A stretch of 33,014 nucleotides of DNA, from sequence record SRR22947727_3957. One strand, 5' to 3'. The notes below the pieces were generated by a model. It was not told the DNA's origin, did no database searches, and was given only the letters and a program-made list of their open reading frames with translations. Shown here one piece after another: positions 1-9,299 of this stretch (position 1 is its first letter; the number at the start of each line of letters is the position of its first letter). A program made the translations under genes and the position numbers.

Positions 1-171
1 GACAAACATGTATCCTGGGAAAAGAGGTTTAAGATCACTCACAAAGCGGGAGGCTTTTCTACGGGTGATTTTCTGCATGGGTAAAAACGTTTCAAACCCT
101 TGCCGTTGCAAGTTGCGCTCCGCCAGGCGATGGCTGTTTGGCTTGAACTGTATCAAATACCACTGATTCAT
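1..171 (-). CDS. rfaH: RfaH-like NusG-paralogue transcription antiterminator, N-terminal part (3' end outside window)
   Basis: Not in ORF track. Manual reverse-strand translation from ATG at 171 gives MNQWYLIQFKPNSHRLAERNLQRQGFETFLPMQKITRRKASRFVSDLKPLFPGYMFV. It has the WYL..., L.RQ and PLFPxYxFV hallmarks of RfaH/UpxY NGN domains. AGGTG lies upstream. Confidence 0.88.
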   Translation of the reverse strand, partial: MNQWYLIQFKPNSHRLAERNLQRQGFETFLPMQKITRRKASRFVSDLKPLFPGYMFV

Positions 172-479
172 TTTGACACCTATCGGACTAAACGCTCACT
201 ATTGAACCAACGTAACAGATTTGAAACATCCTGCAAACCTATCAATTGCCGTGCTGGAATTCCTTACCTTGGTCTAAACTGACAGTGATCCACGGCCAAA
301 AATATGCTATAAATTATTGAAATAACACACTTTGTTTACCCCCCCGTAACCCTGCCGGGAGGAGCATATTTCGTCTCAACCTGATATTTTCTGATTGTAG
401 TCAGAGAAATTTTGGACTATCCATCAATCTTGAACAGTCATGAACATTCTTGACCTACATTGTTGGAATCTCACACCTG

Positions 480-516
480 AGCCTGCGTGCAACGCAAGGC
501 TTGGTGCGGTAGCCGT
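480..516 (+). promoter_or_regulatory. ops/JUMPstart-like element: hairpin followed by GCGGTAGC
   Basis: AGCC-TGCGT-gca-ACGCA-a-GGCT hairpin (480-501), then GCGGTAGC (506-513), identical to the core of the enterobacterial ops GGCGGTAGCGTG. Lies in the leader of the long operon, next to the divergent rfaH-like gene. Confidence 0.6.
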
Positions 517-530
517 TCTGAGACGTCATT

Positions 531-911
531 TTGGCTAGTAGGCGCGAAGAGCAGCAGGCGGAAATCCGTTTGAGGGTGATGCGTTTGATATCACAAAACC
601 CTGAAATGTCCACACGGCAGGTTGCGGATGAAGTTGGGATTTCAAACGGGTCCGCCTATTACGTTCTCACCGCGCTTGTTGAAAAGGGCTTTGTGAAGCT
701 TGGGAATTTTAAGAAAAATCCGCGCAAGGGTCAGTATGCCCATTTGCTGACGCCGAAAGGGATCCGAGAGAAGTCCTTGCTGACCCACAGCTTCATTGAG
801 CGAAAGCACGAAGAGTTTGAGGCTTTGAAGGCAGAAATCAAAGCCCTTGAAGAGGAGGCCGGCCTCGCAGGAGAGGCGATCCCCTCGCCGCGAAGAGACA
901 AATCCACATGA
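531..911 (+). CDS. EPS-associated MarR family transcriptional regulator
   Basis: wHTH (STRQVADEVGISNGSAYYVLTALVEKGFVK) plus NFKKNPRKGQYAHLLTPKGIREK and a C-terminal coiled coil, typical of the EPS-associated MarR family. TTG start. Confidence 0.9.
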   Translation: MASRREEQQAEIRLRVMRLISQNPEMSTRQVADEVGISNGSAYYVLTALVEKGFVKLGNFKKNPRKGQYAHLLTPKGIREKSLLTHSFIERKHEEFEALKAEIKALEEEAGLAGEAIPSPRRDKST

Positions 912-2287
912 CTGAACTTAGCTGCTTCAAAGCCTACGACATTCGCGGTGAAATTGGCGTCAATATTGATGAGGGCGTCGCCTACCGCGTGGGTCGCGCC
1001 GTGGCCCAACACTTGGGCGCCACATCTGTTGTGATCGGATTTGATGCGCGCGAAACCAGCCCAGCCTTCGCGGCCGCCGCGTCACAAGGCGTGCGCGATG
1101 CTGGTTCGGATGTAATTAACATTGGGATGGCTGGCACGGAGGAGATGTATTGGGCGGTGACTGAATTTGGCGCCTGCGCCGGCATTGAAGTGACCGCGTC
1201 ACATAATCCGATCCATTATAACGGCATGAAGATTGTCAAATCCCAGTCTCAGCCCCTTGAGGATTTGGGCGACTTTCAAGCCATCAAGGCGGTTGCAAGC
1301 TCCCAGGCGTGGTCTGGTGTGACTTGCGTTGGTCTAGAGCTTGAGCGCTCAGAGGCTGCGCGGAAGGCTTACGTGGGGCGCGTGTTAAGTTTTGTTAACC
1401 TCCCTGCCCTGCGGCCGCTCAAAATTGTTGTCAATTCGGGCAATGGTGCCGCGGGCCCGAGCTTTGATGCCATTGCGGCACGCCTGCAGGACAGCGGCGC
1501 ACCGCTTGAGTTTGTGCGCGTGCATCACGCACCCGATGCGGCATTCCCAAATGGCATCCCCAATCCACTTTTACCAGAAAATCATTCTGCTACAGCTGAC
1601 GTCGTCAAGGCCGAGAAGGCCGACTTTGGCGTGGCATTTGACGGCGATTTTGATCGTTGCTTCTTTTTCGATGAGAAAGGTCAATTTGTTCCCGGCGAAT
1701 ATGTCGTAGGGCTCCTAGCATCCATTTTCTTACAGAAAGACGTGGGCGCGAAGATTGTTCATGACCCCAGAGTGGTCTGGAATACGCAAGACATTGTCGT
1801 GCAAAAAGCCGGCGTCGCGGTGCAATCCAAAACGGGCCACGCCTTTATCAAGCAGACAATGCGCTCCCATGAGGCGGTCTACGGCGGCGAGATGTCGGCG
1901 CACCATTATTTTCGCGACTTTGCATACTGCGACAGCGGCATGATCCCGTGGCTTTTGATTGCGGAACTTGTGTCACACTCTGAACGCTCACTTGGAGATT
2001 GGGTGAAAGATCGATTTGCGGCTTTCCCTAGCTCAGGTGAAATGAATTTCAAAGTCGCTGACGCGGGCAAGACTATTGAGAACGTTTTGTCAGCCCACCG
2101 CGCGGCCGCGCTTTCAATAGATCAGACCGACGGCGTGAGCCTGGCATTTGACGATTGGCGCTTCAACCTGCGGCGCTCGAACACGGAGCCGCTCGTGCGG
2201 TTGAATGTTGAGGGCAAGGGCAATGCGGACGCGCTTGCGGCACATGTGAGCGCGATTGCGGATTTGCTTGGCGGGACGCGTGCTTAA
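908..2287 (+). CDS. manB: Phosphomannomutase (ManB/CpsG)
   Basis: FKAYDIRG, TASHNP phosphoserine motif, FDGDFDR metal loop, GGEMSAHHYF, RRSNTEP. Confidence 0.95.
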   Translation: MTELSCFKAYDIRGEIGVNIDEGVAYRVGRAVAQHLGATSVVIGFDARETSPAFAAAASQGVRDAGSDVINIGMAGTEEMYWAVTEFGACAGIEVTASHNPIHYNGMKIVKSQSQPLEDLGDFQAIKAVASSQAWSGVTCVGLELERSEAARKAYVGRVLSFVNLPALRPLKIVVNSGNGAAGPSFDAIAARLQDSGAPLEFVRVHHAPDAAFPNGIPNPLLPENHSATADVVKAEKADFGVAFDGDFDRCFFFDEKGQFVPGEYVVGLLASIFLQKDVGAKIVHDPRVVWNTQDIVVQKAGVAVQSKTGHAFIKQTMRSHEAVYGGEMSAHHYFRDFAYCDSGMIPWLLIAELVSHSERSLGDWVKDRFAAFPSSGEMNFKVADAGKTIENVLSAHRAAALSIDQTDGVSLAFDDWRFNLRRSNTEPLVRLNVEGKGNADALAAHVSAIADLLGGTRA

Positions 2288-2289
2288 GT

Positions 2290-2331
2290 CTGCCGGTAAT
2301 GGAAGATTACGGGCAGGTAACGTCCGGTTAC
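2290..2331. promoter_or_regulatory. Hairpin / tandem GTAAY-N5-RTTAC palindromes after manB
   Basis: CTGCCGGTAAT-ggaag-ATTACGGGCAG (10/11 paired, 2290-2316), then GTAAC-gtccg-GTTAC (2317-2331). No U-tract. Confidence 0.4.
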
Positions 2332-2378
2332 GAATTCAGTGAGCAAGGCACCTTCAGTAACCCTGTGTCAGGATTAAT

Positions 2379-3035
2379 ATGAACCGAAAGAATATATTAG
2401 CCCACCGTGGATGTTGGGACGAAAATATTCCGCAGAACAGCTTTGAAGCCCTTAAAAAGGCTTTAGCTGCAGGATTTGGAATCGAAACCGATTTTCGTGA
2501 TTGCAACGGAGTTATCGTTGTTTCACACGACCCACCGGAAGGAGACGTTCTCGAAGCAAGAGCCTTGTTTGAGCTTTATACCAAACTCGGCGCTAATGGC
2601 CGTATTGGTCTCAATATTAAATCAGATGGGCTACAAAAACCATTACTGACATTGCTTTTTGACAACGCCCTACCCCTAGAAACCTGCTATGCTTTTGATA
2701 TGTCCGTACCCGACGCTCGTGGTTACATTGCGCATGACTTCCCTACATACACTAGGCTGAGTGAATACGAAACAGAACCACCTTTCTTAAGTTTCTGTAA
2801 TGGGGTCTGGGTAGATAATTTTACAGGGAATTTCGCCCAGGTAGCCGAAGCCAAAAAAATATTATCCAACGGCTGCCGGGCTTGTATAGTATCGCCTGAA
2901 TTACACGGCCGTGATCATCTCGCACTATGGAACGAGATCAAATCTGCTGGCTTACATACAAATTCACTTTTTGAACTTTGCACTGACTTCCCGCAGGCAG
3001 CTCATAATTTTTTCGACTTAACAAAAGATGATTGA
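2379..3035 (+). CDS. Glycerophosphodiester phosphodiesterase (GDPD)-like protein
   Basis: ILAHRG, QNS, GIETDFRD, VVSHD, LNIK, C-terminal CTDFP motifs. Confidence 0.8.
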   Translation: MNRKNILAHRGCWDENIPQNSFEALKKALAAGFGIETDFRDCNGVIVVSHDPPEGDVLEARALFELYTKLGANGRIGLNIKSDGLQKPLLTLLFDNALPLETCYAFDMSVPDARGYIAHDFPTYTRLSEYETEPPFLSFCNGVWVDNFTGNFAQVAEAKKILSNGCRACIVSPELHGRDHLALWNEIKSAGLHTNSLFELCTDFPQAAHNFFDLTKDD

Positions 3036-3038
3036 AAA

Positions 3039-3671
3039 ATGATTAAAGCAGTACTTTTTGACATGGATGGAGTATTGATCGATGCTAAAGATTGGCATTA
3101 CGAGGCTCTCAACCGGGCATTGAGGCATTTCGGTTTCGCGATAAGCCGCGAAAGTCACTTGTCGACGTTTGACGGGCTGCCCACGCGCGCAAAATTACAG
3201 ATGCTCACCAAGGCCCGAGGCCTGCCTGAGCAATTACACGAATTCATTAACAGCTTGAAGCAATCCTACACTTTGGAAATAACTCAACAGCAGTGTAAAC
3301 CGTCGTTCAATCACCAATTTGCATTGTCCCGGTTGAAATCAGAGGGCTACAAAATTGCTGTTTGCTCAAACTCAGTACGCCAGTCTGTCGAGACAATGAT
3401 GGAGTTATCTGCGCTTAGTCCGTACCTTGATCTCTTGATATCAAACGAGGACGTATCCAGAGGCAAGCCTGACCCCGAGATGTATGTTAAAGCTATGTCA
3501 ACCTTAGACGTGAAGCCCGAAGAGTGCTTGATTCTTGAAGACAACGATCACGGCATCCAAGCAGCGATTGCAAGTGGAGGACATCTACTCAAGATTGGCG
3601 TACCTGACGATGTGACCTATCGGGCCATCAAGGCCCGCATCACCGAAGCGTCTGTAGCGTCCGTAGTATAA
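3039..3671 (+). CDS. HAD family phosphatase (beta-PGM-like subfamily IA)
   Basis: FDMDGVLID (motif I), CSNS (II), KPDPEMY (III), LEDNDHG (IV). Confidence 0.9.
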   Translation: MIKAVLFDMDGVLIDAKDWHYEALNRALRHFGFAISRESHLSTFDGLPTRAKLQMLTKARGLPEQLHEFINSLKQSYTLEITQQQCKPSFNHQFALSRLKSEGYKIAVCSNSVRQSVETMMELSALSPYLDLLISNEDVSRGKPDPEMYVKAMSTLDVKPEECLILEDNDHGIQAAIASGGHLLKIGVPDDVTYRAIKARITEASVASVV

Positions 3672-3689
3672 CCTAGAGGCCTCAAACTC

Positions 3690-5204
3690 ATGCAAGTTCT
3701 GATCCCAATAACTTCCCGGTCCTCGTTCTTTCCTAAAGAGGAGTATTTTTTTCCTAAACCACTGATCGAAGTGGCGGGCCGCCCAATGATCGAACTGGTA
3801 ATCACGCAATTAAAAAAGCAACTAAAAGATCCACAATTTACTTTTGTAATTGATCGCGAAGACGCCCGCGCATTTTCCATAGACCGCATTTGCAGACTGG
3901 CTGGCGGTGCGGGAACTAATGTAATCGAGCGCATGGGTGAAACTTCTGGCGCACTTTGTTCTTGTCTCTTAGCGATCGACGCTCTTGACTTGAACGCGCC
4001 GCTACTGGTCTCTAACGGAGATCAAATTATTACCGCAGAGCTTGGCGCACATATCCAACATTTTGAAACAGCCGAAGTAGATGCAGGCGTGGTTACTTTT
4101 AATTCAATCCACCCCCGTTGGTCTTATGTAGTGGAGACTGGGAACAGCCGCGTGGCCCAAACTTTTGAGAAACAAGTAGTTTCGCGACATGCAATTGCTG
4201 GGCTATATTACTTCCGTGAGGCTAGGCAATTTCTTGATGCCGCACAAAAGACGATCCTCAACGACGTAAACATTAATGGATCCTTCTTCATCTCGTCGGC
4301 GATTAACCAGTGCATCCTGAATGGAGGCGAAGTAATGCACACTAAAATCGACGAGCAACAATTCCATAGTTTTTATTCGCCCTCTCGAATCTACGAATTT
4401 GACCGCAGCGCATTGGGCGCCAAGCTACGCGCTGGCCCAAAAACTACTAAAGATGTAAATGTAATAATACCAGCCGCCGGAGAAGGTAGCCGTTTTGCAA
4501 AAGCCGGCTGGAAAAAGCCCAAGCCGTTTATTGACGTGGCAGGCCGCCCGATGTTGGATCATGTTATCGAAAATGTAGTCCCTGATGGAGCGAGCGTTAC
4601 TCTATTGCTGCGTGATGCTCATATGGAAAAGCACCCCACAATTGTGCAGGCTTTTGATACAGCTGGCGCCAATATTATTCCGGTAGATAAGCTGACTGAG
4701 GGGACTGCATGCACCGTCCTGCTAGCAAGGAAGGTTTTTGATAATGACAGCCCGATGATGGTAGCAAACTCTGATCAAATAGTGGATTTTGACGTAACAG
4801 ATTACATAACGGACTGTATCAATCGCAATCTCGATGGATCAATCCTTGTATTCCGTGATCCATCAATGGATCCAAAATGGTCGTTTGCTAAACTTGATGA
4901 CGAGGGCCTTGTGACCGAAGTGGCTGAGAAAGACCCAATTTCGGACTTAGCCACTGTGGGTATCTACCTGTTCACAAGTGGGCGAAATTTCGTATCAGCT
5001 ACAGCAGATATGGTCGCAGCAAACGAACGAGTAAACGGGGAGTTCTACACCTGTCCGGTGTATAACTACATGATTGCGAATGGCGCTCGTATAGGGGTCT
5101 ATGAAGTAGCAACGGACGCGATGTCTGGTCTCGGAACACCCGATGATTTGAGCGGGTTCCTCGAATCCCGCGGCTCTCCCCCCTCTCAAGACCTGCCGGA
5201 CTGA
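3690..5204 (+). CDS. Tandem two-domain BcbE-like nucleotidyltransferase/GT-A protein
   Basis: Two internal repeats: PKPLIEVAGRPMI...NGDQI...PRWSY...EK...AIAGLYYF and IIPAAGEGSRF...PKPFIDVAGRPML...NSDQI...PKWSF...EK...ATVGIYLF...NGEFY...LGTPDDL. Confidence 0.85.
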   Translation: MQVLIPITSRSSFFPKEEYFFPKPLIEVAGRPMIELVITQLKKQLKDPQFTFVIDREDARAFSIDRICRLAGGAGTNVIERMGETSGALCSCLLAIDALDLNAPLLVSNGDQIITAELGAHIQHFETAEVDAGVVTFNSIHPRWSYVVETGNSRVAQTFEKQVVSRHAIAGLYYFREARQFLDAAQKTILNDVNINGSFFISSAINQCILNGGEVMHTKIDEQQFHSFYSPSRIYEFDRSALGAKLRAGPKTTKDVNVIIPAAGEGSRFAKAGWKKPKPFIDVAGRPMLDHVIENVVPDGASVTLLLRDAHMEKHPTIVQAFDTAGANIIPVDKLTEGTACTVLLARKVFDNDSPMMVANSDQIVDFDVTDYITDCINRNLDGSILVFRDPSMDPKWSFAKLDDEGLVTEVAEKDPISDLATVGIYLFTSGRNFVSATADMVAANERVNGEFYTCPVYNYMIANGARIGVYEVATDAMSGLGTPDDLSGFLESRGSPPSQDLPD

Positions 5205-5209
5205 TTGGT

Positions 5210-5911
5210 ATGCGTGTAATTGTCCCTCTTGCTGGCCCAGATTTTATCCTGGACTGCGGTAAGCTTAAAGCTGAGCTTAACCTTGACGGAGAACCGCTTT
5301 TGCGGCGAGTTCTAACTTCAAGGCCGTGGGCGAAGAGTTTGGCTTCACGTAATTATTCGTTTGTTTTCTTTGACGCTCCGGCGACACGCGCCTTTGCAGC
5401 CGATGCAATTTTAGATTGGTATCCAGATGCTACGGTGACTTTTATTTCATCCTATACGCGCGGCGCTGCTTTATCGGCAATGGCTGGCATGGCGACAGGG
5501 GAGGATGTAGATGTCCATATCATCGTGGACCTAGCAGATATTTTGTACGAGAGCGAGCTCGACCCTGCTCTCGTATTTGACAACAACTCAAATTGCGGGA
5601 GCATCGCACTAACCTTTCAGGCGGACAATCCAGCTTATAGTTATATCAGCCTGGATTCTTCTGGTTTTTTTGACAAGGCTGTTGAGAAGCAAGTGATCTC
5701 GAATAACGCTTCTGCAGGAACTTACATTTTTCGAGATATGGCGACATATATAAGAGCACTTGCATATGGTTTGGACAATAAAGCTAGCCAAACGTATCGT
5801 GATCTTTTCTTTGTTTGCCCGCTCTTTAACGGAGTGAAGGCTCAGGGCAAGAGCGTAATACTCGAACCCGTTACTAACGTTTTTGATATGAAAGTGGCGA
5901 AAGACCAATGA
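5210..5911 (+). CDS. Divergent BcbE-like nucleotidyltransferase-fold protein
   Basis: VIVPLAG, TRGAA, DLADI, PAYSY, AVEKQVISNNASAGTYIF and FFVCPLFN parallel the domains of the upstream gene. Confidence 0.75.
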   Translation: MRVIVPLAGPDFILDCGKLKAELNLDGEPLLRRVLTSRPWAKSLASRNYSFVFFDAPATRAFAADAILDWYPDATVTFISSYTRGAALSAMAGMATGEDVDVHIIVDLADILYESELDPALVFDNNSNCGSIALTFQADNPAYSYISLDSSGFFDKAVEKQVISNNASAGTYIFRDMATYIRALAYGLDNKASQTYRDLFFVCPLFNGVKAQGKSVILEPVTNVFDMKVAKDQ

Positions 5912-6246
5912 CTGATATTAGGGAACTTACGGAGGGCTATGTGGCTGCTTTTAACGCACGCGACCTTAAACGGGTGGCAAGATATCTGTCAGAGGAATTT
6001 GAACTCACAGATCCTGAAGTCACTGCACTGACTCCCAAAAAAAACGTACTTAACTACATACGGGACCTATTTCGTACACACAACTCTCTGAATTTCGTTG
6101 CGAATATGATTTTCGCTGACGGCGACGTATCCGTGATACACTTCACCCTCGTCCTGGACAAGCTAGTGCTTGATGGCGTTGACGTCATCACATGGCAAGA
6201 TGGGCAAATGACCAATATGAAAGCTTACTCAACACCGCGCAGGTGA
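5908..6246 (+). CDS. SnoaL/NTF2-like protein
   Basis: YVAAFNARDL...ELTDP...GVDVITWQDGQM pattern. ATGA overlap with the upstream gene. Confidence 0.8.
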   Translation: MTDIRELTEGYVAAFNARDLKRVARYLSEEFELTDPEVTALTPKKNVLNYIRDLFRTHNSLNFVANMIFADGDVSVIHFTLVLDKLVLDGVDVITWQDGQMTNMKAYSTPRR

Positions 6247-6440
6247 GCCCATCCAAAATGAGGCATTGTCAAGGCCATCAAGATGAAGGTCCATTCTCTT
6301 GTGACCGATCATACCCATCAAATAATCTACAAATATGCAGTGTAAACAAAAACTCCGCAGCTCACTGAAGTTAGCTATTCTCATGAGCCGTTGGACAGAC
6401 ATCTAATGAAATCAAGTAACGACATTTTGGGAATTTATAG

Positions 6441-7607
6441 ATGAAAATTGTTGTAGTAGGTTTGGGATACGTTGGCCTGTCAAACGCGGTTCTGTTAGCT
6501 CAGCACAGTAAAGTGATCGGAGTTGATATTTCACAAGAACGCGTTGATGCGATCAATGCAAAAGAAAGTCCGATCATCGATCCCGAAATCTCAGCATATC
6601 TATCCCAAAAAAATTTAGATCTCTCCGCAAGTACAGACTTGAGAGCTTCAATTTTAGATGCGGACTATGTCATTATATCCACACCCACCAACTTTGATGA
6701 GAAAACAAATTTCTTCGATACATCATCGGTCGAGGCCGTGATTAGAAAAGTAACAGCACTTGCTCCGCTAGCGATCGTTGTTGTGAAATCTACGATACCA
6801 GTTGGATTTATTGATGATGCTAGAAAGCGTTATCAAACTGACGCGCTGTTCTTTTCCCCAGAATTTTTACGCGAAGGTAGAGCGTTATACGATAATTTAT
6901 ATCCTAGCCGTATCATCGTGGGCGATAGGTCCCAAGCTGCGAAAGAATTCGCGACGCTGTTCCAGCAAGCCGCAATAAAGAAAGACGTTGATATTTTATT
7001 TGTTGGAACACGTGAAGCAGAAGCTATTAAATTGTTCTCTAACACATATCTTGCGATGCGCGTTGCCTTCTTTAACGAATTGGATAGTTATGCACTTGAA
7101 AGTGAGATGAATTGTCGTGAAATTATTGACGGCATCTGTCTGGATCCGCGAATTGGTACCCATTACAATAACCCCTCATTTGGCTACGGTGGCTATTGTT
7201 TGCCAAAAGACACAAAACAACTTTTGGTGAATTACCAGAAAATTCCTCAGCGTATGATCAGTGCTATTGTCGAATCCAATTCAACTCGTAAAGATTTTCT
7301 TGCAAATATCATACTATCGAAAAAGCCTAATGTGGTTGGGGTGTACAGACTTTCCATGAAAGCAGCGTCTGATAATTTTCGGCAGTCTTCCATTCTAGGC
7401 ATTATAAGGCGGTTATCAGAACAAAACGTAAAGATCATAATATATGAACCAAATTACAGCGAGAAAAAATTCATGGACGCTGATATTATAAACGACATTA
7501 ACATCTTTAAAAATGAATCAGAATTAATAATCGCTAATCGCATGACTGACCAGCTTCATAATGTAGACAAAAAAGTCTTTACACGGGATCTTTTTGGTTG
7601 CGATTGA
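6441..7607 (+). CDS. ugd: UDP-glucose 6-dehydrogenase family
   Basis: GLGYVG Rossmann motif, KSTIPVG, PEFLREG, KLFSNTYLA, GYGGYCLPKD catalytic Cys, DNFRQS. Confidence 0.93.
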   Translation: MKIVVVGLGYVGLSNAVLLAQHSKVIGVDISQERVDAINAKESPIIDPEISAYLSQKNLDLSASTDLRASILDADYVIISTPTNFDEKTNFFDTSSVEAVIRKVTALAPLAIVVVKSTIPVGFIDDARKRYQTDALFFSPEFLREGRALYDNLYPSRIIVGDRSQAAKEFATLFQQAAIKKDVDILFVGTREAEAIKLFSNTYLAMRVAFFNELDSYALESEMNCREIIDGICLDPRIGTHYNNPSFGYGGYCLPKDTKQLLVNYQKIPQRMISAIVESNSTRKDFLANIILSKKPNVVGVYRLSMKAASDNFRQSSILGIIRRLSEQNVKIIIYEPNYSEKKFMDADIINDINIFKNESELIIANRMTDQLHNVDKKVFTRDLFGCD

Positions 7608-7674
7608 TGATCAGATGCATAACACGCAAGCTGAATAAGTAACATCCATATTCTTTCGAATCTCAAACCTGCGG

Positions 7675-8376
7675 ATGATCCCTAGACCGATATCACTGGA
7701 CCGCGAAATTTCGAAACTTATTCACGAGCACAAAATTAGACTTCAGGAGAAAGCTACCGAGATGAATGATGATGTTTATTGGAATGATTTTTATAAAATA
7801 AAACCTGCTTTGGATATCCCTACACAATTTGCTGCATTCACAGCCAATGAGATGGCGAGCGAATGCCAAATTATCGAACTGGGGTGTGGAAACGGCCGAG
7901 ATGCATTATTTTTTGGAAGACACGGATTTAATGTATATGGCATAGACTCATCAAATGAGGCGATAAAGTCGTGTAGGGAGAAAGCACAGTCTGGAGAAAC
8001 ATTTGAAGTCTTCGACATCGAGGATAAAGAGTTATGGGCTGAAATTCAACGACGAGTCCGCAAATCAGAGACAGTAATATATTCTAGGTTCTTTTTTCAT
8101 GCACTTGAGGATGAACAACAGGTTACTCTGCTTAAAAATTTATCGACCCTACAAAAAAAGACTCAGATCTTTTTAGAATTTCGAACTAATAAAGATGCGG
8201 ACCGGCAAAAGGTTACCGCCACCCACTTTCGTAATTTTACTGATTTGCACAAGTTCGAACAATTCTTGCAAAAATTCCGTTTTAATATTTTAGACAAATG
8301 GGAAGGACTTGGATACGCAAAATACCAAACTGATGATGCCCATGTTGCAAGGTATATACTTGAGGTAAATTTGTGA
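7675..8376 (+). CDS. Class I SAM-dependent methyltransferase (start may be ATG 7762)
   Basis: YWNDFY, IIELGCGNGRDA, VYGIDSS, YSRFFFHA. Confidence 0.85.
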   Translation: MIPRPISLDREISKLIHEHKIRLQEKATEMNDDVYWNDFYKIKPALDIPTQFAAFTANEMASECQIIELGCGNGRDALFFGRHGFNVYGIDSSNEAIKSCREKAQSGETFEVFDIEDKELWAEIQRRVRKSETVIYSRFFFHALEDEQQVTLLKNLSTLQKKTQIFLEFRTNKDADRQKVTATHFRNFTDLHKFEQFLQKFRFNILDKWEGLGYAKYQTDDAHVARYILEVNL

Positions 8377-9191
8377 AAATCGCTTACTGCCTTCATGGGC
8401 TTCTCGGCTTCACTGACAGTAAAGGCAGTGATTTGGACAACCAAACTAGTGATCAGATTATTGATCCGAGAATTAGTTATGACTCATTTTGTGAAAATCT
8501 TCGCCAAGATCATGAAGTGGATATCTTCGCTCATAGTTGGTCGCATCAGCACAAAAATTTAATCAGTGAATTATATAAACCGAAAGAGTTAGTCACTGAA
8601 GAGCAAATCGATTTCTCAACGCACAGCAACTTTGAACCCTTAGTACAACAGAACAGCTTGATAAAAAAGTTGCGCCTAAATCTTAAAAAACTTACAGATC
8701 AGAAGAGTTACAAGAAAATTCGTAAAAAAAATCAGAACACTGCATTTAGATCGTTCAGTCGATGGTACAGCGCTAAAGAGTCCCTAAGTTTATGCCAACA
8801 GCATGCTACAACGCAAGGTATCAACTATGATATCGTATTTTTATCGCGGTTCGATATTGAATTTTTTACCGAATTCGATTTTAATCAATATGATTCTTCT
8901 TTTTTATGGGCATCACACTGGAATAACTATCCAACTAACAAATATGGTCAAGAAGCAGATTACACAAACCAGCATACCGATACTGGGCTAATGGATCTTT
9001 GGTTTTTTTCAAAACCTGAAAATATGTTTCGGATAATTGATCTTTATAAAGATGTACATCAATACCCACGTTCACCACACAGCGCCATATTACGGCATCT
9101 ACAGTTGAACCGGATTCCTATTAATTACACAAAATATCGGTGGCATGATTATGATTTGATACGGCGGCATCAGCTGGGATCTTTCAAATGA
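8373..9191 (+). CDS. Uncharacterised glycan-locus protein, putative GT-A-like transferase
   Basis: MKIAYCLHG...DIFAHSW...SRWYS...YDIVFLSRFD...D.WFF, a pattern recalled from uncharacterised capsule-locus proteins. GTGA overlap with the upstream gene. Confidence 0.55.
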   Translation: MKIAYCLHGLLGFTDSKGSDLDNQTSDQIIDPRISYDSFCENLRQDHEVDIFAHSWSHQHKNLISELYKPKELVTEEQIDFSTHSNFEPLVQQNSLIKKLRLNLKKLTDQKSYKKIRKKNQNTAFRSFSRWYSAKESLSLCQQHATTQGINYDIVFLSRFDIEFFTEFDFNQYDSSFLWASHWNNYPTNKYGQEADYTNQHTDTGLMDLWFFSKPENMFRIIDLYKDVHQYPRSPHSAILRHLQLNRIPINYTKYRWHDYDLIRRHQLGSFK

Positions 9192-9299
9192 GAAGAGCTA
9201 CTAAAGTTGCTAAACAGTCTGGTCAAATCCAACCAACTTTCCTCTTAAATAAGTTTCACTCGATTCCCTTGAACTCGCAGTCAATGATCAATTAAATAG

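Noticed and set aside
100-282. 60-aa plus-strand ORF
   Set aside because: Partly antisense to the rfaH-like gene and extends into the promoter region; no recognisable motif.
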